Positions 51,449 through 63,010 of a stretch of DNA of 64,000 nucleotides are shown here, piece by piece. The stretch lies in NCBI GenBank assembly GCA_002269645.1, contig NIVC01000037.1, forward strand, positions 620,001-684,000, given 5' to 3'. Within the stretch, counting starts at the first letter, position 1; each line of letters opens with the position of its first letter. The stretch is from Macrostomum lignano. Its lineage: Eukaryota. The notes below the pieces were generated by a model. The model had not been told where the DNA came from and searched no databases. It worked only from the letters and a program-made list of their open reading frames with translations. The position numbers and the translations under genes are program-made.

Positions 51449-54400
51449 ATGATGGCGGCTGGCCTTCCTAACGATGTGAGCGTCGTCGACTACCTGGGCT
51501 ACGACCCGGCGTTGCCGCTGCCACGCGACATCGAGGCCGTGGGCAACATCAATCTCGACGATTTAAACGGGCTGGTAGAAAACGTCGATCTGGAAGCGCA
51601 GCAGGTTTTCATTCTGCCGCAACAGCTGCAGGATTCGCCAGATCAGGTGTCTGTGATGCCGCCACCGCCGCCACCACCCCCGCCGCCGCCACCCCTTTGG
51701 CCTCCGCATGTCGCCGGGAGCCTTTCAATGACTCACCATCCAGCTCCTCCAGCTTCTCAGCAGCAGCGCGCGGAGATTCCCAAACAGCTGCGGGACCGAG
51801 TTGAGAAAACCTCCGAGGCCATACAGCTGCCTGTGCACACCATCAGCTGTGAGTGCCTGGCTCCCATGTTGCTTAAACATGGATCAGGGATAGGGGGTTG
51901 AGCCGAATTGGCTGACCTTGAAAAGTTGGTTTTGTGACAAGTTGGGCAGTAAATACGCTCGTAACAACTATTCATTCACCAATGCCCCTCTCCGATTACT
52001 CTTTCTTATTCCTCTCTCCTGTACCCCCTCCCATTCCCCTCTGGCCTATCCCCTCTCCCATTCCCCTCTCCCATTCCCCTCTCCCATTCCCCTCTCCTAT
52101 TCCCCTCTCCCATTCCACTCACCCATTCCCCTCTCCGATCCCGCTCTCTCATTCCCCTCGCCCATACCCCTCTCTCACTCCCCTCTCCCATTCCCCTCTC
52201 TCATTCCCCCTTTCCATTCCCCTCTCTCATTCCCCCTCCTATTCCCTTCTCCCATTCCCCTCTGGCCTATCCCACTCTCCCATTCCCTCTCCTATTCCGC
52301 TCTCCCACCTCTCCCATTCCCCTCAACTTCCTCTGTCCATTCCTACTCAGTCTGTGTAACAACAACCCTGCAGCCTGGAGTTCTCACCAGAAGTTGAAGT
52401 GGATCAAGGCCATGGTGACGCGACACCTGCCCAACCCGTCAGGGCAGCAGCATCAGCGGCTGTTCAACCTCGGCAACGAGCTCAGCCAGTCCGACAGGCG
52501 CAGCCTCGAGGAGCTGATCCAGTTGGTAGAACAGGCTGCCCAGGATCCGAGCATCGGCAGGAAGCTCACCGCTGAGCTCAACGGCTGGCGAAGAGGTGAG
52601 CAGGGGTCTGGTGTCTGGCGCTGAACAGCAGCTATTTGTGTCGGAGGGCGTGGCATCTGCATCAATGGTGAGACAGAAATCTTCAGATTACGTAGCAACA
52701 GGAGAGCATGGGAAGCCGGTATTTGATTAAGTACGGATTACTGCAGAAGGGCTGTGTGCACCCTGACGCAACGCGTTTGGCGACATCGTCAAACCTCTGA
52801 CCCATTCCGCGGACTGCTGAGCACATACTGTACACAGGCACGCACTCAAACACACTGCACTCATACAGACCTCCGATCCCAGACCTCCGATCCCAAACCT
52901 CCGATCCCAGACCTCCGATCCCAGACCTCCGATCCCAGACCTCCGATCCCAGACCTCCGATCCCAGACCTCCGATCCCAGACCTCCGATCCCAGACCTCC
53001 GATCCCAGACCTCCGATCCCAGACCTCCGATCCCAGACCTCCGATCCCAGACCTCCGATCCCAGACCTCCGATCCCAGACCTCCGATCCCAGACCTTCGA
53101 TTCAAGTATCTCACGATCTCAAGTATCTCACGGTCCAAGTATCTCACGGTCCAAGTATCTCACGGTCCAAGTATCTCACGGTCCAAGTATCTCACGGTCC
53201 AAGTATCTCACGGTCCAAGTATCTCACGGTCCAAGTATCTCACGGTCCAAGTATCTCACGGTCCAAGTATCTCACGGTCCAAGTATCTCACGGTCCAAGT
53301 ATCTCACGGTCCAAGTATCTCACGGTCCAAGTATCTCACGGTCCAAGTATCTCACGGTCCAAGTATCTCACGGTCCAAGTATCTCACGGTCCAAGTATCT
53401 CACGGTCCAAGTATCTCACGGTCCAAGTATCTCACGGTCCAAGTATCTCACGGTCCAAGTATCTCACGGTCCAAGTATCTCACGGTCCAAGTATCTCACG
53501 GTCCAAGTATCTCACGGTCCAAGTATCTCACGATCCAAGTATCTCACGATCCCAAGTATCTCACGGTCCAAGTATCTCACGATCCCAAGTATATCACGGT
53601 CCAAGTATCTCACGATCCCAAGTATATCACGGTCCAAGTATCTCACGGTCCAAGTATATCATGGATGTGAAGATCGCACGAACAACCTGCCGGCCAATTT
53701 CCTTGCAGAAGCCCCAAATGAAAAAAAACTTACCATTGAAGACAGCGAGATTACGGCGAATTTATATCTTATGAATAAAGTCCCTTCAATACGTACTTTT
53801 AAAAACTATTTGTTCTCGAAATCCACCAATGGAATATTTACAAAGAAAACAAATAAAACAAATAATTGTTGTTGTTTATGACATCAAATTTCCTTTGCAG
53901 TTGATTTCCGTTGATATCTTTTTCTTCAAAATTAAGCCTACATTTCGCGAAATATTTTTTAAAACGCTATAACTCTACTATATAAGTAGACGATATAGCA
54001 TTTTAATTAACTACTCGTACTATCAGGGTAAACAATCCAGCCTAACTGCCAGAAACTATACTTAAAAAAACGTTGCCCTATAAACTTGGTCACCAAATTA
54101 ATTACTCAATCTGATTGCTTCCAGTCTGCGAGGTTCACCTGGTCGAGCTGAGGAGCATAAAGCCGGAGCCGAAGCCAGGAACCCACGGCAGGGGAACCGG
54201 TGAGTCGGCGGCTGTTCCAGGGTGTCAGATCCCAGACCCTCGATCCCAGAACTCCGATCCAAGCGTCTCACGATCCCAAGTATCTCACGATCTCAAGCAT
54301 CTCACGATTCAAAGTATCTCACGATCTCAAGTATCTCACGATCCAAGTATCTCACGATCCCAAGTATCTCACGATTCAAAGTATCTCACGATCAAAAGTA

Positions 54401-54946
54401 TCTCACGATCCCAAATACCCTAGGATCCCAAGTATCCTACGATCCTAAGTATCTCACGATCTCAAGTATCTCACGATCCCTAGTATCCCATTCTGGGATC
54501 CTGCAAAAGTGCAAATTAAACCTCATACAGTACTGATGGCATACTACAATGCTACCCCCCCCCAACGCTTAGGCGACTACCTGTGGGAGCACGTGCTCCG
54601 CCTGCTAATGGAAGGCAGCCCCACGGTGGCCTGGCTGAACAGGGAGGAGGGCCTGTTCGTCTTCAAGGACAGCAGCGGAGCGGCCAGGTCCTGGGGCTAC
54701 ACTAAGAACAATGTCAACATGAGCTTTGAGAAGATGAGCCGGTCCATCCGGCAGTACTACAGGCCAGACGGGACCGGCATCATTGAGAAGGCCCCCGAGC
54801 AGCCCAAGCTGCACTACAAGTTTAACATGTTCCACCCGGAGGTGGCCAGCTTTCTGGCCAAGAATTTCCGCGCCATCTGCGAGCGCGACGCCTTCCTGAG
54901 CCGCGTGGTGCACGGCGCCCCGGTTGGGTCAGAAAATCTCTGTTGA
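51449..54946 (+). CDS. ETS transcription factor with PNT/SAM-like domain, SPDEF(PDEF)-like; 3 coding exons, about 345 aa
   Basis: Exons 51449-51848 (donor T|GTGAGT), 52374-52595 (ctgcag|...G|GTGAGC) and 54531-54946 join in frame. The junction gives ISSWSSHQKLKWIKAMV...RLFNLGNELS (PNT-like, weaker call). The last exon has the ETS domain LWEHVLRLL...W...EEGLF.F.D....AR.WG..KNN.NMSFEKMSRSIRQYY; SRSIRQYY is the SPDEF-type recognition helix. Confidence 0.85.
52010..52320. repeat. Degenerate pyrimidine-rich 13-bp repeat in ETS gene intron 1
   Basis: (CCCATTCCCCTCT)n variants. Confidence 0.85.
52864..53660. repeat. Composite array: 14-bp unit (about 17 copies) then 16-bp unit (about 35 copies), in ETS gene intron 2
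   Basis: GATCCCAGACCTCC, then GTCCAAGTATCTCACG; degenerate second copy of the same composite at about 54225-54490. Confidence 0.97.
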
Positions 54947-55014
54947 CTTTTTCTGTAGGGTCACGGACTGACAGAGCAGATGGATGCTGTTCTCCTATGT
55001 GCTGACACTGCTTG

Positions 55015-55430
55015 ATCACTGCTTGATAATGTCACTGCCAGGCAGTGGCACTGCTTGACAATGTCACTGCCAGCAATGTCGCTGCCAGGCAATGTCACTG
55101 CCAGGCAATGTCACTGCTTGATAATGTCACTGCCAGACAATGTCGCTGCCAGGCAATGTCACTGCAAGACAATGTCACTGCTTGACAATATCACTGCTTG
55201 ATAATGTCTCTGCCAGGCAGTGGCACTGCTTGACAATGTCACTGCTTGACAATATCACTGCTTGATAATGTCTCTGCCAGGCAGTGGCACTGCTTGACAA
55301 TGTCACTGCTTGACAATATCACTGCTTGACAATGCCACTGCCAGGCAATGTCACTGCCAGACAATGTCGCTGCCAGGCAATGTCACTGCAAGACAATGGC
55401 ACTGCTTGACAATGTCACTAATGTCACTGC
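55015..55430. repeat. About 16-bp degenerate minisatellite between the convergent ETS genes
   Basis: AATGTCACTGCTTGAC / AATGTCACTGCCAGGC units. Confidence 0.92.
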
Positions 55431-56208
55431 CAGATAACAGCACAATTAAGAATCAACTAAACACATGTTAATAATCGACAATTGGTGGTACACTGACAGT
55501 TTGATTTGAATAAAAATTTGCGCAAGACGGCAGCAGCGCAGTGTCCATCTGTTTGACTAGTTGGTGACTTACTTTATGCTCATTGCTTTTGTCAGCCAAG
55601 TTGATATATTTAGATCTTTTTACTGTATGGAAGTCGATGCATTGTAAAAACCTGATTTCTATAAGAGAGGTTGCTGCTGACTTCCTTGTTTTGTGCTGAT
55701 GTCTATGGCCGAATCCACAAGCAGTACATGTAGTATTATAATCTGCACTCTATTCTGTATAGTTTCATGTTTGCTTTTTCCTTTACAATTCTGTTACCCC
55801 AGTAAACTGAAATAATGAGCGCTGGCTGATGCTTACTCTGTATAAGTAGTAAATTCGTGCGTTTCAAACATAATAAATAATACAGCCGAACATGGAGACG
55901 TCTGTCTTATTCAGAAATTTGTTTCGGTTCGTAAATTAAACAATTTGCAAAGTCAGTTTTTGTAGAATTCATATATTATCATAAAACTGAAGTGGCTGCG
56001 TTGGCACCGATTTGAAATTTAGATTACCTGAAATGAACGCTTGGAAGGAATTTCTTTCTAAGAAAGTTTAAATTATGGATTTCTAAGAAAAAATAAGGCG
56101 CCTGAAACGCATGCACAAAATGTTTGTTTACAAGCAAATTCAAAGGCTTCAAAATTCTACAAGAAGGGAGGACATGTAAGTTTTCATGGTGAGAATCTGT
56201 AAATTCGG

Positions 56209-56858
56209 TCAGACACCAATCTCTTCTTTGATAACTCCGTCTGCAACCAACTTCTCGTAGTGCCCACCAGGATGGTTCTTTATAAATTTCAACACCTGCG
56301 GATGCTGCAGGTTGAAGGCAAAGTGAAGCCTGCGACCCTTCATAGGATCTGGGATCATTGTGCGATAGTACTTGTTCTCATTCCGGATCCAGTAGTCCCG
56401 GATGCAGCGGCTCATCTTCTCGTAGCTCATGTTTTCATTCTCCTTGTACTGACCCCAGCGCCGGGCCGCCTGGTTGGCGTCGGTGAACGCAAAGACGCCC
56501 ACATCTTGGCGCAGTTCCTTCCAGCCGATGCAAGTGCGCCCGTCAAGCAGGTCCTTCAGCAGGAACTGCCACAGCAGCAGCTTGCCTTTGCGTCTCTTCT
56601 TGTACGGCACCGGCGGCTGGGCCGAGGCCCCTGAGGATGACGAGCAGCTGGGCAAGCTCACGGCCCGGTCCAGCTGCTCCTCCAGCTGCTCGGTATCTTC
56701 GAGCTCTCTTTTCCTTGGCTGCTCCGCCACTGCCGCGGGATGTCCCTGCCAGGATGGACTCGCCGTTGGCTCGCCCGTCTCGGCAGACTGTTGAGTCACG
56801 ATTCTGGAGGATACAGGTAACAGTATTGATGCAAGTTCAAGGACTTTGCAGCGTTTGT
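56209..56858 (-). CDS. Second, divergent ETS-domain transcription factor (main/last exon)
   Basis: KRRKGKLLLWQFLLKDLL...IGW.....GVFAFTD...AARRWGQYKENENMSYEKMSRCIRDYW...RRLHFAF is a clear ETS winged-helix domain; stop at 56209. Acceptor at 56859-56860 inferred. Confidence 0.88.
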
Positions 56859-56899
56859 CTGGGCTTACAAGGGACAAAACAGTATGAAACTGCTCGAAA

Positions 56900-57380
56900 T
56901 TTCTACAGAATCAGCAGACTAAATACTACAGAATCAGCAGACTAAATACTACAGAATCAGCAGACTAAATACTACAGAATCAGCAGACTAAATACTACAG
57001 AATCAGCAGACTAAATACTACAGAATCAGCAGACTAAATACTACAGAATCAGCAGACTAAATGCTACAGAATCAGCAGACTAAATGCTACAGAATCAGCA
57101 GACTAAATACTACAGAATCAGCAGACTAAATGCTACAGAATCAGCAGACTAAATACTACAGAATCAGCAGACTAAATGCTACAGAATCAGCAGACTAAAT
57201 ACTACAGAATCAGCAGACTAAATACTACAGAATCAGCAGACTAAATACTACAGAATCAGCAGACTAAATGCTACAGAATCAGCAGACTAAATGCTACAGA
57301 ATCAGCAGACTAAATACTACAGAATCAGCAGACTAAATACTACAGAATCAGCAGACTAAATACTACAGAATCAGCAGACT
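56900..57380. repeat. 23-bp minisatellite, about 21 copies
   Basis: CTACAGAATCAGCAGACTAAATA. Confidence 0.98.
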
Positions 57381-58209
57381 GTTTACTATCAGACTGACTC
57401 CTGAAAGAATTCTAAGAAACTATGGGGAATATTATCACCCAAAAATTGTAAGAATCGCGCAGCTTTCAGGCAGATCAGTACATAATCTACCTTAATAATG
57501 ATGACCGCTGCGATTGGCTCTCGTGGCTAGAAAAATGCGAAGTGTTGCTACGCGGAAACAATGTTATCTTAACTGGCGGTTGCTGAACAACATCAGTTGG
57601 AGCAGCTATGCTTGGCACTGGAGTCATTGGCAGCAGGTCATTCTCTGCGCACACTGAAATGAGATCACGGGAGGCAATTTATATTTTTTAGTCTTCGCAG
57701 GTTCTCGCAGCGCAATAATCAAAAATTGTAATAAAAAAGATTTATTACAATATAGCAGGGCTACGTTAGAAAAGCCTTCTAGAAAATGCCAACACCATTT
57801 TGCTGTCCAACTATTTTGAAAAAGAGACGGTAAGAGAGCAAAAATTGTTTACATACTGGCGAGGTTTACTGTTGCAGTTGCACAAAAAAGCGTTGAAAAG
57901 AGTTTTTATTTAAGTGTTGCAGCAGTTATAGATAGTTACGAGTACAATCCACAAAGTAATGGCACTCAAAAATAATAAATAAACAATTTTTTTCTGATAT
58001 TTACTTCTGCAGGTTATAGCAGCAAGCACTCCTGTTACACAGATAAATCGTAATACTATTTTACATGTATATACGTACATCCTGCACTCCAAAGCTGATG
58101 TTCCTGGCCTGGAAATAGAAAGTACTCTGAAAGTAAATAGCGAATACATGTCAATGGCGCGTTCTCCGGTCAATTTCGTGTGTAGAGTCATCTGAGGGTC
58201 TTGAGCTTG

Positions 58210-59615
58210 AGCCGCATGGGTCAGGCTACATTTTCGGTCAGATTACATTATGGACCCAGCTAATGTAAGCCAAGGATCAGGCTACAGGTACACCATGGGT
58301 CAGACTACAGGTACACCATGGGTCAGGCTACAGGTATGCCATGGGTCAGGCTACAGGTATACAAATGGGTCAGGCTACAGGTATACAAATGGGTCAGGTT
58401 ACAGGTATACAAATGGGTCAGGCTACAGGTATGCCATGGGTCAGGCTACAGGTATACAAATGGGTCAGGCTACAGGTATACAAATGGGTCAGGCTACAGG
58501 TATACAAATGGGTCAGGCTACAGTTATACAAATGGGTCAGGCTACAGGTATACAAATGGGTCAGGCTACAGGTATACAAATGGGTCAGGCTACAGGTATA
58601 CAAATGGGTCAGGCTACAGGTATACAAATGGGTCAGGCTACAGGTATACAAACGGGTCAGGCTACAGGTATACAAATGGGTCAGGCTGCAGGTATACAAA
58701 TGGGTCAGGCTACAGTTATACAAATGGGTCAGGCTACAGTTATACAAATGGGTCAGGCTACAGGTATACAAATGGGTCAGGCTACAGGTATATAAATGGG
58801 TCAGGCTACAGGTATATAAATGGGTCAGGCTACAGGTATGCCATGGGTCAGGCTACAGGTATACAAATGGGTCAGGCTACAGGTATACAAATGGGTCAGG
58901 CTACAGGTATACAAATGGGTCAGGCTACAGGTATATAAATGGGTCAGGCTACAGGTATACAAATGGGTCAGGCTACAGGTATACAAATGGGTCAGGCTAC
59001 AGGTATACAAATGGGTCAGGCTACTACAGGTATACAAATGGGTCAGGCTACAGGTATACAAATGGGTCAGGCTACAGGTATACAAATGGGTCAGGCTACA
59101 GGTATACAAATGGGTCAGGCTACAGGTATACAAATGGGTCAGGCTGCAGGTATACAAATGGGTCAGGCTACAGTTATACAAATGGGTCAGGCTACAGGTA
59201 TACAAATGGGTCAGGCTACAGGTATACAAATGGGTCAGGCTACAGGTATATAAATGGGTCAGGCTACAGGTATACAAATGGGTCAGGCTACAGGTATGCC
59301 ATGGGTCAGGCTACAGGTATACAAATGGGTCAGGCTACAGGTATACAAATGGGTCAGGCTACAGGTATACAAATGGGTCAGGCTACAGGTATACAAATGG
59401 GTCAGGCTACAGGTATACAAATGGGTCAGGCTACAGGTATACAAATGGGTCAGGCTACAGGTATACAAATGGGTCAGGCTACAGGTATACAAATGGGTCA
59501 GGCTACTACAGGTATACAAATGGGTCAGGCTACTACAGGTATACAAATGGGTCAGGCTACTACAGGTATACAAATGGGTCAGGCTACAGGTATACAAATG
59601 GGTCAGGCTACAAGT
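58210..59615. repeat. 24-bp minisatellite, about 56 copies
   Basis: ATGGGTCAGGCTACAGGTATACAA; open in all three plus frames, hence the MGQATGIQ, GSGYRYTN and WVRLQVYK ORFs. Confidence 0.98.
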
Positions 59616-59891
59616 ACCCAATGAGTCAGAAGGCCAATGCTGCAACAGAGTTCACGATTAAAGTGGAAAGCTAAAATTCTGTGTGACCATGGGATGTTTG
59701 TTCAATAGTTATCCATATAACAATGGATAAATCTTAAAGGAATGAGTTTTGAAAAATCGAAAGAGGAAGTAAAATTTTCGGGTTGCTTACAGCCTAGTTT
59801 GTCTATTGAAAGCTCGTTAATTGATAAAACTGTGAAATAATTGCTGCGAGGACTTTACAGGCTTATATGATAGATGCCCCAGTTAACTTAC

Positions 59892-60042
59892 TCGATTCAT
59901 GAAACATTTGATCGTCGCAGTCTCCACTAAAGCCAACGCACTGGTGCAGGTCTTGCAGATCCGTCTCAACAAACTCGCTGTTGTGCAGGTCCTCAGTGGG
60001 CTCCAAGCACTCCGCTTTCGTCTTCCACATTGACTGCTGCAT
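59892..60042 (-). CDS. Candidate first coding exon of the minus-strand ETS gene
   Basis: ATG at 60042 (in-frame stop upstream), MQQSMWKTKAECLEPTEDLHNSEFVETDLQ..., strong donor A|GTAAGT; phase 1 fits acceptor cccag|AC at 56858 (total 801 nt). No homology support. Confidence 0.45.
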
Positions 60043-60894
60043 CAGGGATATTGCCTACACGGAGCTCTTGCTCGACAAGATAAACAGGATCCGAATGATG
60101 CAAAAAATTGAGATGGATGGGCGAAAATAGAGAAATATAGGGTTATATTTCTCGCCGATTCTCAAGGACAATGAACCGTCTCAACAAACGGAATAAGGCC
60201 AATGAGAGATTGCCTGGAATTAGTTTTTTATTGTCCACGCAAGGTGTCTCTCTAGTCTCCGAGCTCACTTACGCGGATCGAGGCAGTCCTGAGCTGTTTT
60301 GTAAATCCTATCCAACTACAGCAGTGAGCACGAGAGAGAGAGAGAGAGTCTTGTGCAGAGACAGTGTGCTCAGCTCACACTGAGCACAGAGATACAAGTA
60401 GCCAGCATGGCCAGCTGGGGCACAGTTTTTGGTGCAGTCCGCGTGCAGACAGACAAGACGAGTAGAGAAAAAGTCTGCACTAGAAAAATAAATAAACAGA
60501 TCCTTGTTACTGGCATTGGGCTCAGGTGGGGCTCAGTTGGGGCTCAGGTGGGGCGCACTGGGACGCAAATATTACACACCCAGCAACTCATTTAGTCCTT
60601 GGCTAGCCTGGCGGATATGCGCTAAAATAAGAGGTTAAGAGGTTGTCGCAGCTCCAACAGTGTAGAGCAGCTATAGAGTGCGCAAGGAAAAGCAAAACGC
60701 GGATGTAAGAGCACTTTGAGCGTGAGCAGTTGTCAAATTTATGCGAGCGTTTCTTAACCATGCTCTCCGCTTGAATTTGCCGAGGGGTTTAAACTAATTG
60801 GCTCAGTCCTTTTAGAATAAGCGGCTCTTGTTGATAGCTTAATCTTACTCTCCTTATTAGACTCAAGCTGCACACGAGTATGGTCAATTATTCT

Positions 60895-62168
60895 ATGTTT
60901 TATAACTCTGTTTATCTGACTTTCTGTTATCTCACTCTCCGTTATCAGACTCTTCCTACTATCTATCTCTTTCTGCTATCTGACTCTCTGTTATCTCACT
61001 CTCCGTTATCAGACTCTTCCTACTATCTATCTCTTTCTGCTATCTGACTCTCTGTTATCTCACTCTCCGTTATCAGACTCTTCCTACTATCTATCTCTTT
61101 CTGCTATCTGACTCTCTGTTATCTCACTCTCCGTTATCAGACTCTTCCTACTATCTATCTCTTCCTACTATCTATCTCTTCCTACTATCTATCTCTTCCT
61201 ACTATCTATCTCTTCCTACTATCTATCTCTTCCTACTATCTATCTCTTCCTACTATCTATCTCTTCCTACTATCTATCTCTTCCTACTATCTATCTCTTC
61301 CTACTATCTATCTCTTTCTGCTATCTGACTCTCTGTTATCTCACTCTTTCTCTGATATCTGACTCTCTGTTATCTGACTCTGCTATCTGACTCTCTGCTA
61401 TCTGACTCTTTCTCTGATATCTGACTCTCTGTTATCTGACTCTGCTATCTGACTCTCTGCTATCTGACTCTTTCTCTGATATCTGACTCTCTGTTATCTG
61501 ACTCTGCTATCTGACTCTCTGCTATCTGACTCTTTCTCTGATATCTGACTCTCCGTTATCAGACTCTTCCTACTATCTATCTCTTTCTGCTATCTGACTC
61601 TCTGCTATCTGACTCTTTCTCTGATATCTGACTCTCTGTTATCTGACTATTTCTGCTTTCTGACTCTTTCTGCTATCTGACTCTTTCTGCTTTCTGACTC
61701 TTTCTGCTATCTGACTATTTCTGCTATCTGACTCTTTCTGCTATCTGACTCTTTCTGCTATCTGACTCTTTCTGCTATCTGACTCTTTCTGCTATCTGAC
61801 TCTCTGCTATCTGACTATTTCTGCTATCTGACTCGTTCTGCTAACTGACTCTCTGCTAACTGACTCTCTGCTATCTGACTCTTTCTCTGATATCTGACTC
61901 TGCTAACTGACTCTCTGCTAACTGACTCTCTGCTATCTGACTCTTTCTGCTATCTGACTCTGCTAACTGACTCTCTGCTAACTGACTCTCTGCTATCTGA
62001 CTCTTTCTCTGATATCTGACTCTGCTAACTGACTCTCTGCTAACTGACTCTCTGCTATCTGACTCTTTCTGCTATCTGACTCTGCTAACTGACTCTCTGC
62101 TATCTGACTCTTTCTGCTATCTGACTCTTTCTGCTATCTGACTCTGCTAACTGACTCTCTGCTATCTG
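60895..62168. repeat. Complex pyrimidine-rich satellite with nested units
   Basis: Mixtures of CTGACTCT(CT/TTCT)GCTAT, CTTCCTACTATCTATCT and a roughly 62-bp higher-order unit at the 5' end. Confidence 0.95.
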
Positions 62169-62724
62169 AGTCCTATCACGCCTCAACCAAAGTTTTGCAC
62201 ATAGGCAAAAGAACTAATAAGTCATTGATAATTAATCAAACTGAAAAAAAATTAAACACACTTTAAAATCCTAAATAATATTTTGCCAGGAAAGCCTAAA
62301 AATAAGGTGATCAAAAGCAGAAAAAATTATTTGATACAACTAGAAAAACAGTATAGCTTCGGTAATTGAAATCAATAAGATCAATAAATGATAGAAAATT
62401 ATATTATGCCAATAGCCAAAAACATCAGAAAGAACTCAATGAATGATGCTAGCTTCAACAGCCTCGGAATAGCGCTCTAGTCTATACTGCATAAGACGTA
62501 AATATGCACAGAAACACCTAGCTAAGCTACTTTTATCTACTTAGTAAGTAGTATAAATCGTGCAGTTTCAGTTATTACTGTGCAACAGTATTAAAGTTAA
62601 TAATCACACATTTCATAATTTATTCAACAAAAATTTTCAGGAAGACTAATCTAGCGCACTTTAAGCGACATTGTCACACAACCCGTGAGAGGCATTACTC
62701 TGCCGACTCAGCCGACTCCCCTGA

Positions 62725-62965
62725 GCAGGCACACAAGCGAGCGGATACGTACGCACAGGCACACACTCACACAGGAGTGTACAGCGGCCCTAACTTTATT
62801 TATCGTTAGGCATGTACACTTCACTGTGCCTTGGGGGGTTGGCCCTCAAAGGCGTTAATTGCACGAGCAGAGCCAAGCCGAGATTCCAGTTTAGCCCCAA
62901 ATTAATCTGACTGCACTTGGAATCGAGCCATAAGGGCGATGCGCTAGACCACTTGGCTACGGCCC
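62725..62965 (-). mobile_element. Putative tRNA-derived SINE copy with clear A and B boxes
   Basis: Minus strand GGGCCGTAGCCAAGTGGTCTAGCG (A box) ... GGCTCGATTCC (B box-like), followed by the shared body seen at 8690-8790 and 5405-5500. Confidence 0.6.
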
Positions 62966-63010
62966 TACTAAAAAGCTCCTTGTACTGAAATATCAGTGTT
63001 TAAACTGCTA

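Noticed and set aside
52754-53881. 375-aa ORF
   Set aside because: Composed of 14-bp and 16-bp tandem repeats inside intron 2 of the ETS gene.
58250-59674. Long repeat ORFs (MGQATGIQ, GSGYRYTN, WVRLQVYK) resembling adhesive or structural proteins
   Set aside because: A 24-bp unit open in all three plus frames, with frame switching at indels, probably lying in an intron of the minus-strand ETS gene; no signal peptide or splice context.
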